Positions 1 through 11,205 are shown, counted from the stretch's first letter. The stretch: 64,000 nucleotides of DNA from Candidatus Marinacidobacterales bacterium (GCA_965219415.1 CBDCNP010000002.1:2912001-2976000); one strand, 5' to 3'. Translations and numbers: made by a program. Notes: generated by a model from the sequence alone, not told the origin.

Positions 1-782
1 TCGCGTTTATTCAAATCTGTGAGCCTCCCCTTCTTCTCCACGAGCTCCTTTGATTTCGCGTAGCGGACCCGGATCTCTTCGAGCTTTTTCTGAAGCGACG
101 CTAGCTCTTCGGAGGCCTTATGAGTTTGCTTTTCGAGCACCCGCACCTGTCGGCGAAGCTCCTCCGCTCGCTCCGGCTTCACTTCACCATAGTCCTCGTT
201 CAGCCGCTCACGGACACCTCTCAGCTTGAGCTCTAGCTCTTTGGCACGCTCGGCGGCCCGCCTCCTCATCGTCTCGTATATCTGAAGCCGTAAGAGATCG
301 CGAAGGATCTCTCTACGCTCACGCGGTTGACTCTTCAGGAAACGGGCGAAGTCTCCTTGGGGAAGGACGACCGCCTGCGTGAACGCTTCGTAGCGAAGAC
401 CCAGAAGCTTCACGATTCCAGAGTCCACACCGTGAACGCCACCCGCGACCGAGCGCTCGGTCCCGTTCACCAACTCATCCAGTTGAGCCCCGGCCGAGCG
501 CCCTCGACGTCCGGTTCGGGTAACTCGAAACTCCCTCCGCCCGACGCGGAAATCCAACATCACCGACATGCGATCGAGACCGAGCGAAATGAGCTCCGAG
601 TATCCCTTCCTCATTCGAGGGACCCGGCCGTAGAGAGCGAAGATGATGGCATCGAGTAGGCTCGACTTGCCCGCACCGGTTGGGCCGGAAATGGCAAAGA
701 GCTCGAGCTCGGAGAAATCCAGCGGATCCTGGCGCTCCTTGAAGCAGGTGAAACCCTCGACGGTAAGTCGCAGCGGTCTCAC
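1..782 (-). CDS. sbcC: SbcC/Rad50 SMC-family ATPase, N-terminal part (runs off the left edge)
   Basis: Manual minus-strand translation from GTG at 782 gives VRPLRLTVEGFTCF...FAISGPTGAGKSSLLDAIIFALYG (Walker A), later LPQGDFARFL and coiled coil; lies downstream of sbcD. Confidence 0.9.
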   Translation of the reverse strand, partial: MRPLRLTVEGFTCFKERQDPLDFSELELFAISGPTGAGKSSLLDAIIFALYGRVPRMRKGYSELISLGLDRMSVMLDFRVGRREFRVTRTGRRGRSAGAQLDELVNGTERSVAGGVHGVDSGIVKLLGLRYEAFTQAVVLPQGDFARFLKSQPRERREILRDLLRLQIYETMRRRAAERAKELELKLRGVRERLNEDYGEVKPERAEELRRQVRVLEKQTHKASEELASLQKKLEEIRVRYAKSKELVEKKGRLTDLNKR

Positions 783-870
783 GAGCGTCGGGCCGCTGGT
801 TGGGGTGACGCCACCGCGGGTCTTGGCTTTGTGGTCTTTGAGGCGGGCGCCCTAGTTTCAAAAAGCCTTG

Positions 871-1226
871 CTATTTTTCTACCTCGAACTCCTCGATGCG
901 GGTTCCCTTGTCGGAATCGGGATACTCCGTTCGGTACCGAGTCATGTCTCGGAGTATACCCCGATGAGCCGATTGGTACTCCTCGGGCACCATCTCGGTC
1001 AACCTCTCCAAGCCGTTGAGGCAGCCCTCGACGGCGAGGTCCTGCATCCAGAGAGGGCTCGTTCCACCTCTCCTTCACGAATGGCCTTGGCGGCCATTAG
1101 ATGGACTCTCCCGTGGTCGATGTTCGAGGTAATGGTCTGAGAAACAAAACCGGTATACCAACCATAACCATAAAGATGTGAAAGATAACCAACCAGTAGG
1201 AGTCCGCCGGCGTACAAGGTAGCCAA
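871..1226 (-). pseudogene. Small hypothetical membrane-anchored protein, frameshifted near 1050
   Basis: ORF 999-1226 has a hydrophobic N-terminus. After ...EGEVERAL another frame continues WMQDLAVEGCLNGLERLTEMV...EEFEVEK to a stop at 871. Confidence 0.35.
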
Positions 1227-1331
1227 AAGATAACGCTTAACGAAACTCGGCCCCGGTGAACCCCGTGCCGATTCTACTGTCGTGTAACACCCCCGATCTC
1301 GGGTCTCGGCGCGCTTGCGTTTCTGCTTTGG

Positions 1332-2501
1332 TCATCCGGTATTGCCCTGCTCCGCGTCGGCCAGCAGTCTGTCGAAGGCCTCGACCACCCGCGCCTCGGT
1401 CTCCGAACCGTGCTCCTTCCGAAAGTAGGCTTGATAGAGCTCCCGTGGCAGGGAGCCGCCGGGAGGACGCGAGCCGTCTTTTTCTTCAGCTTTCTCTGGA
1501 AGCTCCATCTCGACTGCCACCGCATTTGGAATCAACCGCCGGACTTTACTATTGACGTCTGGGTCCGCCACTTTTAGAGGCACTCTCACCCGCAGCCAAC
1601 CTCTTGCGGATAAACTCCCCGCCTCTCGCTCAAGCGCTTCCAGCCCCTTGCGAATCGATCGGAGCGGCAGCCCCCCTTGATATGGAATTTGCTCGACTTG
1701 GACTGGCTGCCGTGGGCGGGCATCGATCAAAACGAAGCTTTTCTCCTCACCGGCCTCGCCGAAATCTAGCTGCAGCGGAGAGCCGGCGTAGTAAGCAGGA
1801 GCCGGTGCGGCCTCGACCTTCTGCGGTCGGTGGATATGACCGAGCGCAATGTAGTGTGCGGTGGAAGGTAGAGCCTGCGGCGTGGTCGCCCATTCCTCTT
1901 CGAGGTGGACTTGCCGCTCCGATCCGGAGAAGACCGCGCCCTGGAGGTGAGTGTGAGCCATAACCAGATTGATGGTCTCTTGCCCGAAACCACCCACCAA
2001 ATGCGCGATGATCTGCCTCATCCCCTGGTCGTACTTTTGCCTAACCCGTGTCTCTTCACCGGAAAGGTCGAGGGCACTGACCAGACGGCGCGGGGCCGCG
2101 AACGGGACAGCCGCCACGCGGGCTCGCTCACCGGATTTCGCTTCGACCTCCACGAGGCCGCCGTTATCCAAGCGCCGCGGAAAAGCGACGGTTTGTACGT
2201 CTACGAGTTCGGCCAGCGTACCCCATGCTTGAAGCCGCGCCGGACTATCGTGGTTCCCGGCGATGACCACGGTCTTGATGCCGGCCCGCCCGATCCGCTT
2301 GAAGAAGCCGAAGACAAACCGCTCGGCCGCCGGGTTGGGCGCACCGCTGTCGAAGACATCCCCGGACATCAAGAGGAGGTCGATGCGCTCTCGCTCAAGG
2401 AAGTCTCCCAGGTTTTCTAGAACGTTGGCCAGTTCCGGAAGTCGATCGATGCGCTTCCAGAGCCGCCCGGCGTGCCAGTCGCTTGTGTGAACGATGCGCA
2501 T
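1332..2501 (-). CDS. sbcD: SbcD/Mre11 exonuclease
   Basis: Metallophosphoesterase motifs HTSDWH, SGDVFD, AGNHD, ALGHIH, YAGSPLQLDFGE; ATG at 2501 after AGGAAG. Confidence 0.93.
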   Translation of the reverse strand: MRIVHTSDWHAGRLWKRIDRLPELANVLENLGDFLERERIDLLLMSGDVFDSGAPNPAAERFVFGFFKRIGRAGIKTVVIAGNHDSPARLQAWGTLAELVDVQTVAFPRRLDNGGLVEVEAKSGERARVAAVPFAAPRRLVSALDLSGEETRVRQKYDQGMRQIIAHLVGGFGQETINLVMAHTHLQGAVFSGSERQVHLEEEWATTPQALPSTAHYIALGHIHRPQKVEAAPAPAYYAGSPLQLDFGEAGEEKSFVLIDARPRQPVQVEQIPYQGGLPLRSIRKGLEALEREAGSLSARGWLRVRVPLKVADPDVNSKVRRLIPNAVAVEMELPEKAEEKDGSRPPGGSLPRELYQAYFRKEHGSETEARVVEAFDRLLADAEQGNTG

Positions 2502-2713
2502 AACTTCCTGCCCAGGCTTCACATAGGTAAGGAGAAACCCAGCCGAGGGGGCATCATATATCCGACTCCAAGGGCGTGTCTTTGCGCAGCATCACAGTTT
2601 TCAGGAAAACATCCGCGGCGAGAACCCCCTATCCCGCCGTTATGAGTCGACTTGCTTCTGGGGGTTTCTTCAAGCTACGCTCCATCAACCAGCCCAACAA
2701 TGAGGAACGATTC

Positions 2714-3079
2714 TTGAATGCCAAGGTAGCGGACGTCATGGCTGCCGATGTCATCGTGGCCACACCGGGCGACCTCGTCGGAGGGGTTCGCGAGCTCATG
2801 AGTGCTCACGACATCCACTCCCTGCCTGTAGTGGACGAGGAGAAGCAGCTGGTCGGCATGATCACCTCGACCGACCTCGTCCCGGGTTTCTCAGCTAAAA
2901 TCCCGGTCTCCCGAATCATGAGCACCCATGTCTACACCGTGACTCCCCAAGCCGACGTTCGCACCGCCGCACAGATGATGAGGCAATATGGCGTGCACCA
3001 TTTGGTAGCGACCGACGGAGAGAAGGTCGTAGGCGTCTTGAGCTCTCTGGACCTACTGCGTCTGCCGGCAGAGGGTTAG
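2714..3079 (+). CDS. CBS-domain pair protein
   Basis: Two CBS repeats (SLPVVDEEKQLVGMIT; HHLVATDGEKVVGVLS); probable TTG start at 2714 after GAGGA. Confidence 0.8.
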   Translation: MNAKVADVMAADVIVATPGDLVGGVRELMSAHDIHSLPVVDEEKQLVGMITSTDLVPGFSAKIPVSRIMSTHVYTVTPQADVRTAAQMMRQYGVHHLVATDGEKVVGVLSSLDLLRLPAEG

Positions 3080-3567
3080 AGTTCTCTCGGACGCCAGACG
3101 TGGATCAGCCTTCCATCCGTCCCGGGAGTGAGCTCGTCCCAACGGTCGACGGGAAGCTCTATCTGGGCCAAGGCCGCGGTGGGAAAGACTTCCCTTTGCC
3201 CAGTCAGAATCTTGACCAGCTCTCCGAATCCCGGGTTGTGCCCAATGATCAGGATTGTCTCAGCCGACGCCGGAGCTGATCGTTGAACCAGCTCGACAAT
3301 GGTCGTCGGTCGCGCAAGATATAGGCCCTCCTCGAACTGAATCTCGCCCGAGAACTTGCTGGCGTCAGCGACCATCTCCGCGGTTTTTCGTGCTCGAAGG
3401 GCGGTGGAGCTCAGGATCCAATCCGGTTGCAGCTTCTCGTTCTTGATGAGCTTTCCCACGACCGGGGCGTCCGTTTTTCCCCGCTTGTTGAGAGGCCGAT
3501 CGTGGTCCTCTAAGTCCGGATCCTTCCAACTCGATTTAGCATGGCGAAGCACGAGGAACGTCTTCAC
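3076..3567 (-). CDS. sixA: SixA-type histidine phosphatase
   Basis: LRHAKS, DHDRPLNKRG, SSTALRA and IGHNPG motifs. Confidence 0.88.
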   Translation of the reverse strand: MKTFLVLRHAKSSWKDPDLEDHDRPLNKRGKTDAPVVGKLIKNEKLQPDWILSSTALRARKTAEMVADASKFSGEIQFEEGLYLARPTTIVELVQRSAPASAETILIIGHNPGFGELVKILTGQREVFPTAALAQIELPVDRWDELTPGTDGRLIHVWRPREL

Positions 3568-3570
3568 AGC

Positions 3571-4437
3571 CTATTTCTCTTTCTGGGCTCCGTAGTTCTT
3601 CCAAAGATACATGGCCGCGTAGGCACGGAAGGGTCTCCACTTTTCGGCACGCCGCAGGAGCGTCTTCGGCTTCAACCCCCGGCTTCCGCTCGAAGCACCG
3701 CGCAAGAGGCCCAGGTCCGTCTCGGGAAAGGCATCAGGATGACTCAGAGCACGCATCGCAACGTACTGCGCCGTCCACTCACCGATTCCCGGCACGTCTT
3801 TCATCTGCCCCACGAACGTACGGAGCTCCGACCGACCGTTGAAGGAAAGCTCCCCCTGGCATACCGCGCGAGCTAAGCGCGGGATGGCTCGAGCTCTCGC
3901 CATGGGGAGTCCGAGCCTGCCTGGATCCACTTTCGCAAGAACCTCTGAAGTTGGGAACAACACTCCCAACTCCCCCGTCCGCACTCTCCGTCCGTAGGCA
4001 AGAGCGAGCCGGCCGGCGATAGTCGTGGCCCCCTTCACGGAAACTTGCTGTCCGAGGATGGCTCGAACCGCGAGCTCGAAACCATCCCACGCCCCAGGTA
4101 GGCGGAGGCCGGGATACGCATCCACCAGCGCGAGGAGCCGCCTGTCCTGTCGAAGATGCCGTGCAACTTCCGCTGGATCGGTATCAACGTCGAAGATGCG
4201 ACGCGCCCTTTGAACGATGTAAGGAAAACTCTGCGGGTTAGGAAAGTCGATTCCGAGCTCGAGATAGTTGCGCCTAGCCACTCGGCGGACTTCGAAAGTA
4301 CCCCAGAATGCTCCGAGTGAAATAGTCCGGCGATAGGAGCTCTCGTCGACCACCTCGACGCCCGGGGTCGCTCGTACCGAAATGAACTCGACCAACGAGT
4401 GCCAATCATATGGTGGGCGAAAAGAAAGCCGAATCAT
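3571..4437 (-). CDS. alkA: DNA-3-methyladenine glycosylase II (AlkA N-terminal domain + HhH-GPD)
   Basis: FRPPYDW start, [10 protein letters not shown], HhH motif [28 protein letters not shown]. Confidence 0.9.
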   Translation of the reverse strand: MIRLSFRPPYDWHSLVEFISVRATPGVEVVDESSYRRTISLGAFWGTFEVRRVARRNYLELGIDFPNPQSFPYIVQRARRIFDVDTDPAEVARHLRQDRRLLALVDAYPGLRLPGAWDGFELAVRAILGQQVSVKGATTIAGRLALAYGRRVRTGELGVLFPTSEVLAKVDPGRLGLPMARARAIPRLARAVCQGELSFNGRSELRTFVGQMKDVPGIGEWTAQYVAMRALSHPDAFPETDLGLLRGASSGSRGLKPKTLLRRAEKWRPFRAYAAMYLWKNYGAQKEK

Positions 4438-6174
4438 TTTGGCCGATCAATTCTCGAGTCATTCTCGAATCTGGCGAAGGGGTCGGTTACTTCTTCCGTA
4501 CCCGCCTCACTCTGCCGAGTAGCCCAAGCGGGAAACGGGAAGCGGAGAAGAATGGGAGTCGGGATCTCGGGCTGGGCGACGATCATGCTTCCCGGCTGCA
4601 GCATTTTCGCACGCAAGCGGGCGACACTGGTTAGAAATCCATATTGCGCCCTCTCCGCCTCTGCTGGGTCAAGACGCCCTACGACCTTGAGCGCAGCGTT
4701 CGCGATGACGCGCCGCTCCACTTCGCTTGCCGTTTGCTGCGCGCCGAATAAAGAAACGCCTAGCGAGCGCCCCCTTTCGGCGATGTCGAGTAACACGTCG
4801 CGAATGGGACTCCATCCTTCACGCGGCGCGTACTTGTTCATTTCATCCAGTACGACGAAAACCAATGGGCGCGAAGTCCCCTGTGCCTCTTTTCTTTCCA
4901 TCATCCGCTTCAGCAGAACTCCCACCACAAACATCTGTGCCGTGGAGTGGAGGGTATGGATATCCACGACCGTCACCTGCCGTTCTCCCCAGCTGATCCC
5001 ACACCCCGTGGCAGACGCATCGCCGCGCACCAGGTGCCCCATGTGCGAGGCGGCGGCGTGCAGTCGTCGACGGAAAGCATCGAGGGTGCCGGAGGCGACA
5101 TTACGAGGCACCATGCGATCCAGCGCTTCGTCGCCTAGAAGATCCACCAGCTCAGCGAAGCTCCGAAGTGAAACACCGTCCAGCTCGATCTCCGGAGCGT
5201 CGCTATCGCCTTGAGCCGCCGCGCGCTGCAGTGCCGACTCCACTATAGATGACGAAGGAAAGCTGAGCACGGCCGTCCTCCCCCTCGGCGAAGACGAACC
5301 GCAGCAATCGCTCGCGGGCGAACTCGCCGAGCGTCCAGAGGTAAGGCATCACGCCTTGTTGTCTTCCCCCGGTGTCGGGCATCGGCACGACGCTCGCGCG
5401 CTTGGCGGGAGCGAAGAGCCCAACGCTGCGAAACGGCCCCGCCTCGAGCCCTAAGCGTGCGTACTCCGCCTTTCCCTGTTCCGTCAACTTGACGTTCGGC
5501 TTATCGAGCCAGAGCAGATCCTCACCCTTTACGTTGAAGATGAGCGCTTTGGAATTGATTGAGTCTGCGCCCAGCCCTTCCGATTGGAACAGAGAGTACA
5601 GGAGGAACGTGGCATACGAGGTCTTGGTGGCGACACCGGGTACTCCGCTGATGGAGGCATGCGCGCCACGCGTACCGTCCAGAAACTCTAGATTCGCGTA
5701 CACCGGCTCGTTCGTCCGCGTCATTCCGATCGCCACACGACGTTCCATCTGATCGAAGTAGAGCGCCCGTTGGAAGTCCTCGCCCCGCACGACCCGAGCT
5801 TCATCGCCAGGATGCGGTGGTACGAAGACCTCCGGGTCGATACGAGTCACCTGCACGTGTGCGCCATAGGAAACTTCCACCGGTAGCGTCCCCGCAGCAG
5901 CCCGAAAGACATCGGAGTCGAACTGTGTGCCTTCGTAGCGCTTCCTGACGACGTCGACCATGCCGTAGAAGCGGATTCGTTGGCCGTCGGCGGTCACCGT
6001 TTCCACAACGACCAGATCGTCGAGTTGAACACGGCGCCCTTCCTCGACGCCGATCCAAAACTCGAGCGGCGTCGCGTCCACCGAGCCCAGCACCAGCCCG
6101 GCGCGCTCGCTGCTTGCGGGCTTCGAGGCCTTTTTCGTTTCGGATGGAACTGTTTTGGGTTTGGCCATGGGCAC
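4434..6174 (-). CDS. herA: HerA-like ATPase/DNA translocase, split by one frameshift near 5245
   Basis: ORF 5203-6174 has a HAS-barrel-like N-terminus and variant Walker [16 protein letters not shown] 4434-5270 has Walker [20 protein letters not shown] and GAQQ. Joined length is about 580 aa; lies directly downstream of nurA. Confidence 0.85.
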
Positions 6175-6275
6175 CTGGCCGGTATCTTACGCCCGTCGAG
6201 AGTGAGACGCGAGGTCGAGCGTCACCATCACCGGAACATGATAGTCGACATTCCAGCTGATGACTCGGAGAGACA

Positions 6276-7130
6276 TCAATTGAGAGCTAGCAGCGTTTGA
6301 ATATGGCGGCGGATGAGTCGGGCGTCTCCGAGGTGTCGACGTAGCCGATTTTCCAGAGCACCGATCGGCAAGAGGTTTTGAGGGGCGCGGGGGTCGCGGC
6401 TGCGTCCGGGCGCGAACTGGGGGAGCGAGTGGGCGGTTGCGTCGGCGAGCTCCTTCGCGGTCTGCACACCCACGGACTCGGAAACTTCGAGGCGTACTAG
6501 GCCCGACAACTCCGATTCGCCGGGATGAGGCGCCACCAAACGAAGGAACCAAGTGTAACGAGCGAACCGTTTGCTCGATCGCAGACCGAACAGTGGTGTC
6601 CGTGACCCGGCGGGTAAACGGGAAAGAAGATCGAGCTTGTCGTCGGGAATATAGAGTTTCTGGAGGCGCTTGATATAACCGACCGCGCCGCCCCGCAACG
6701 GATCTCCGAACGTGAGCGGGCCGTCCGCAACCACGAGCGTGTTCTCCTCATCGGCAAGCTCGCGGGCCAAACGCTCCTCAGCCAGTCGCATTTGCTCGAG
6801 GATGCCACGAAGCGGTGCGTCTACGTCTTGAGACGAGACGCTCATGGGTCGGTAGGTCAGCGCCGGCGCCAGACGCATCAGGCGGATCGGCTCGGGAAGA
6901 GACTCTCCGGAACCAACCACGATCACCCGGTCCGCTCTCACCTCACTTATCGTCGCATCGCCATGCGTCGCTAGGACGGAACCCACCGCGTAGCTTCCGA
7001 ATGCACCCCGACAAAGCTTGTCGCCGCGGCGTACGACAACACGCGCCTCCAGCCTTCGCACACCGTCAACGAAGAGGATACGCTCCGGCATCGTCGAGGG
7101 CGCAGGCTCGATCGGATCCCATCGATCGGC
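6276..7130 (-). pseudogene. nurA: NurA-like 5'-3' nuclease, 5'-truncated by IS insertion
   Basis: FVDGVRRLEAR, VADGPL, GYIKR, DPRAPQNLLPIGALE (Thermus/Deinococcus-type NurA). The frame continues upstream (RWDPIEPAPST) to the IS end at 7131. Confidence 0.8.
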
Positions 7131-8217
7131 GGCGTTGTTGCACCGCTCTTGGCTGAGCGCGAAATCTACCTATGGTGGTGGCCGAGGTAATGTTCGACCA
7201 TGAAGTATCCCAAGCGCAGCCAGTACAAACACGCGAAACAGAAGAAGTACCACGTTTCCAACTGGGCGGAATACAACGAAGGGCTGCGCCGCCGGGGCGA
7301 TTTGACGGTCTGGTTTGACGAGGAGGCAATCGCGAACTGGAAGGCCGACAAGAGCGGTAAGCCTGGCGGTCAACGGGTCTATTCAGAGATGGCGATTGAA
7401 ACGGGCCTGGTTGTCCGGATGGTGTACAAGCTTGCCTACCGCCAAACCGAAGGCTTCTTGCACTCGATCGCCTCGCTTCTCCGGCTGTGTATCGAGATCC
7501 CGGACTACTCGACGTTGTGTCGGCGGTCGAGGCTGCTCCGCAAGAAGCTGCGGATTCGAAAAGCCGCAAGCAATCAACCAATCCACCTGATGATCGATAG
7601 CACGGGCTTGAGGATTCATGTTGGAACCACCCGCAAACCGCCAAAGCAGCGCGCCTGGCGCAAGTTGCACATCGCCGTTGATCGCAAGACCGGCAACATT
7701 GTTGCGTCCGAACTGACGGCGTCACGAGCTTGCGACGCAACGCGAGTCCCCCCTTTGCTAACACAGATTCAAGCACCTATAGCGTCGGTGGCGGCGGACA
7801 GTGCATACGACAAGGAAGCGGTCTACGAAGCCATCGAAGCGCACAGCCCTGGACGAAGGACGCGCGTGGTGATTCCGCCGCAACGAAACGCCACGCTCAG
7901 TCAGAATTCGAACACCGCCATGCGGGAACGCGACCGCCATATTCGTGCAATCGAAAGACACGGCCGACGTGAATGGTACAAGCTCTCAGGCTGCACCGAG
8001 CGAAGCATGGTGGAGAACGCGGTCTATCGTTACAAGGCGATCATGGGGCCCGAGATGCGGGCTCGAACGTTGGCGAGGCAACGAGTTGAACACCGAATTG
8101 GGTGTGAGATACTCAACAAGATGACCGCGCTCGGCATGCCCGATACTTACTGCGCCGGGTGACTCTCCGACCGGCACAGGGAGGTCAGCGATTTGCGCCG
8201 GGCCGTGCAACAACGCC
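7131..8217 (+). mobile_element. IS5-family (IS903-group-like) insertion sequence
   Basis: Perfect 13-bp terminal IRs GGCGTTGTTGCAC (7131-7143) and GTGCAACAACGCC (8205-8217); no flanking direct repeat. Confidence 0.9.
7200..8162 (+). CDS. IS5-family DDE transposase
   Basis: NWAEYNEGLRRRG, PDYSTLCRR, IDSTG, WRKLH, ADSAYD, RSMVENA motifs. Confidence 0.92.
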   Translation: MKYPKRSQYKHAKQKKYHVSNWAEYNEGLRRRGDLTVWFDEEAIANWKADKSGKPGGQRVYSEMAIETGLVVRMVYKLAYRQTEGFLHSIASLLRLCIEIPDYSTLCRRSRLLRKKLRIRKAASNQPIHLMIDSTGLRIHVGTTRKPPKQRAWRKLHIAVDRKTGNIVASELTASRACDATRVPPLLTQIQAPIASVAADSAYDKEAVYEAIEAHSPGRRTRVVIPPQRNATLSQNSNTAMRERDRHIRAIERHGRREWYKLSGCTERSMVENAVYRYKAIMGPEMRARTLARQRVEHRIGCEILNKMTALGMPDTYCAG

Positions 8218-8528
8218 TATTAGACTTGAAAAACTCTATAAATACCTTTTACCGAGACCGGATAGCTCCGAACTGCACCATCCGCCACCTAGTCTGGCCA
8301 ATTGTGGCACTGCAGAGACGGATGAGATTTTCCGCGCGGTTGGCGGGGTTTTGCAGGGGTAGGTGGCACCAGAGACGCGCTAGAAGGGCGGAACGGGCCT
8401 CATTTTCTGCATTCGTCTCTAATCGCGATTTTCGAGTGCCACGTTTGCGCCCAGTAGGAGAACGACGTCGAGACGTTCTCCGGCATTGTGAAGGATATCG
8501 AGATATTGGGAGCGCTGGAGAGTATCTT

Positions 8529-9884
8529 CTAGGACAGTCCGTACTTCTGCATCCGATAGATGAGCGTGTTGCGGGTGATGTTCAAGAACTTCGCGGCCCG
8601 CGTTTGATTGCCCACGTTTCGACGTAGCGACTCTCGTATGAGGTACTCCTCGACTTTGTCGAGCGCGATCCCGTCTCGTGGCAGGTTCAGCACGAAATCG
8701 TCGACGTCCGAGGACCGTCGAGTCAAGAACTCGGGCAGGTCTTCCATGGTCACCACGGAAGTTTCCGTGAGGGCGGCGAGCCTCTCCATCAGATTCTCGA
8801 GCTCCCTGATATTGCCCGGCCAGGGATAGCTTTCGAGAGTCTTCAAGACGTTTCGGTCAAGCTTGAGCGCTTTACCGAACTGGTGAGCGTATTTGTCGAG
8901 AAACATTCTCGCGAGCAAAGGGATGTCCTCTCGGCGCTCTCTCAGGGGAGGGAGCGTGATGGGGATGACGCTCAGCCGATAGTAGAGGTCTTCGCGAAAC
9001 TCGTTCCCTCGAGCGAGCTTTTCCAGCGGTCGATGGGTGGCGGCGATGATGCGCACATCGACTTTGATGGGGTGGGTGGTGCCGATCTTGTCGATCTCTT
9101 TCTCCTGCAGAAGACGGAGTAGTTTCACCTGGGTGGCGGACTCCAAATCTCCGACCTCGTCGAGAAAAATAGTGCCAGCTTGGCCCGCCTCGATCTTTCC
9201 CTTTCGATCGGAAGTGGCTCCGGTGAAGGAGCCTCTCGTATGGCCGAATAGCTCGGACTCGAGGAGGGTTTCCGGTATCGCACCGCAATTGACGACGACA
9301 AACGGCCGATCTTTTCTCGGTCCGTTGAAGTGGATTGCCTTGGCGAGGAGCTCCTTTCCGGTTCCACTCTCGCCGAGGATGAGAACCGTCGAATCGAAAC
9401 GGGCCGCTTGCGCCGCCGTCGCGAATACCTTCTGAACTGGCTTGGAAGCGCCGATCATGTTCTGGAAGGAGAGGCGTTCGGAGACGGCCTGCTTGAGCTG
9501 CCGATTTTCGTCGCGCAGTTCTCTCAGCTCGAGAGCCCGAGCCACTAGCAGCTTGAGCTCGTCTCGATTGACAGGCTTTTGCAGATAGTCGAACGCGCCT
9601 TTCCGCATCGCTTCGACGGCGTTGTCGATGTCGGCGTGTCCGGTCACGATGATGACGGGGGTATCAGGAGCTATCGCCTGCATGTGGGTGAGTAGCTCGA
9701 GGCCACTCAACTTGGGCATGCGCATATCGCAGATGACGAGGGCGAACTGAGAGTCACGGAAGGCTTCGAGAGCTTCTTCCGCGTCCGCGAAAGAGGAAAG
9801 CTCATACCCCTGGCCTTCGAGGGTGTACTCGACGATGCGCCGAAAGCTCCGGTCATCGTCCACGACGAGAATGCGCTCAGCCAT
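8529..9884 (-). CDS. Sigma54-dependent NtrC/AtoC/ZraR-type response regulator
   Basis: Receiver domain (ILVVDDD...DMRMP), GESGTGKE, ESELFGH.RGSFTGA, WPGNIREL, Fis-type HTH; ATG at 9884. Confidence 0.93.
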   Translation of the reverse strand: MAERILVVDDDRSFRRIVEYTLEGQGYELSSFADAEEALEAFRDSQFALVICDMRMPKLSGLELLTHMQAIAPDTPVIIVTGHADIDNAVEAMRKGAFDYLQKPVNRDELKLLVARALELRELRDENRQLKQAVSERLSFQNMIGASKPVQKVFATAAQAARFDSTVLILGESGTGKELLAKAIHFNGPRKDRPFVVVNCGAIPETLLESELFGHTRGSFTGATSDRKGKIEAGQAGTIFLDEVGDLESATQVKLLRLLQEKEIDKIGTTHPIKVDVRIIAATHRPLEKLARGNEFREDLYYRLSVIPITLPPLRERREDIPLLARMFLDKYAHQFGKALKLDRNVLKTLESYPWPGNIRELENLMERLAALTETSVVTMEDLPEFLTRRSSDVDDFVLNLPRDGIALDKVEEYLIRESLRRNVGNQTRAAKFLNITRNTLIYRMQKYGLS

Positions 9885-11106
9885 CGCGGCCTCCCTTGTC
9901 AGGGAGATCGATGACGAACGTGCTACCGCTGGAGCCGTGAGACGCAAGTCGAATGTCGCCACCCTGGGCCTCGATGAGCTTGCGCGCGATGGCGAGTCCG
10001 AGTCCGGTCCCCCGCGCTTTGGTCGTGAAGAACGGTTCGAATATTCGAGCGGCGTCGCCGGCGTCGATGCCCGGGCCTTGATCGTGAACGCGAGTCACGA
10101 CGCCTCCCGGCCTCCCTTCGATTTCGATCTTGAGCGATCCCCCGGACGGCATGGCCTGAATAGCGTTCAGCACGATGTTCAACAGCGCTTGCTGTACCTG
10201 CGAAGCGTCCACCTCGATCTCGGGTAGAGTTTGCGGGATCGAAATATCGAGCTCGACTGCATGCCGCTGCGCTTCTTGTGAGCAGAGCGTCTTGAGAGAG
10301 GCCACGACGTCGCCGAGGTCGCAGGGCTCGCGAAGAACGGGCTTCGGCGTCCTGGCGAACTGGAGGAACTCGTCGACGGTATTCTGGAGCTGCCCCAGCT
10401 CTCTCTCGACGATCTCAGCGAACTCGCGTTTCCCGCGATCAAGCGGGAGCTCCGTGAAGAGAATCTCCAGAGACGCCTTGATCGAAGCCAGAGGGTTCTT
10501 GATCTCGTGCGCGAGTCCCGCCGAAAGCTTCCCGAGCGACGTCAGCCGATCGGCCCGGAGGAGCTGCTCGAAGCTCTCTCGAAGTTTCTCATAGGCTTCG
10601 GCGAGTTCCGAGGCCGTGCGTTCTTGCCGGTCACGCGAACGCCGCTCGGACTCGGCCAGAGCTCCCACGACGATGGCCACGACCTGGAACATGAAAAGCT
10701 CCGCGTACTGCGCCTGGAGATACTCGCCGTGCACGCCGTGCATGCCTCCCCAATCCATAAGAATGTGGGGAAAGTAGCTCGCCGCCGAGAGGAACGACGC
10801 GGCGACCGCTCCGCGGAGTCCGAACCAGTGGGCCGCCGCGAAGATCGGCAAGTAGTAGAGGCGTTGATAGACGTTGTGGAGCGCGAAGACGCCGACGGGA
10901 GTCACGTGGTGCGCGATCGCGGTCACCGCGATCGCAACCCCGATGAACGTCAGTTTTCCGAGCGAAGCTTTCTTGAGAGCTGGCTCCGAGAGTGTGATCT
11001 GGCGCGGCGTCGGATCGAGTTGCTCGTTCACGTCTTTCTCGCGGTTTGGGCTCGATTGTAGCACTTCGCACACTCTCAGCTGGATTTCCAACGATTCGGA
11101 ACCCAC
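9877..11106 (-). CDS. Membrane sensor histidine kinase
   Basis: His-containing TM N-terminus, H-box LAHEIKNPL, N-box NAIQA, DQGPGI, FEPFFTTK, GTGLGL; overlaps the regulator start. Start codon uncertain. Confidence 0.9.
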   Translation of the reverse strand: MGSESLEIQLRVCEVLQSSPNREKDVNEQLDPTPRQITLSEPALKKASLGKLTFIGVAIAVTAIAHHVTPVGVFALHNVYQRLYYLPIFAAAHWFGLRGAVAASFLSAASYFPHILMDWGGMHGVHGEYLQAQYAELFMFQVVAIVVGALAESERRSRDRQERTASELAEAYEKLRESFEQLLRADRLTSLGKLSAGLAHEIKNPLASIKASLEILFTELPLDRGKREFAEIVERELGQLQNTVDEFLQFARTPKPVLREPCDLGDVVASLKTLCSQEAQRHAVELDISIPQTLPEIEVDASQVQQALLNIVLNAIQAMPSGGSLKIEIEGRPGGVVTRVHDQGPGIDAGDAARIFEPFFTTKARGTGLGLAIARKLIEAQGGDIRLASHGSSGSTFVIDLPDKGGRDG

Positions 11107-11166
11107 TGCGACTCAGGTATCGACCACAAGTAACACAATATAAACAACTTAGTTCCGATCGTCTTG

Positions 11167-11182
11167 TGGTCCGCATCTTGCT
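11167..11182 (+). promoter_or_regulatory. Putative sigma54 -24/-12 promoter of cusCBA
   Basis: TGGTCCGCATCTTGCT = GG-N10-GC with TTGC, 24 bp upstream of the cusC ATG, next to a sigma54 activator gene; AT-rich IHF-like tract at about 11130-11152. Confidence 0.7.
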
Positions 11183-11205
11183 TTTCCCTTACGTGAGAAG
11201 AGACT

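Noticed and set aside
8364-8379. TGGCACCAGAGACGC as a second sigma54 promoter
   Set aside because: It lacks the TT before GC and points into the 3' end of the regulator, with no gene to drive.
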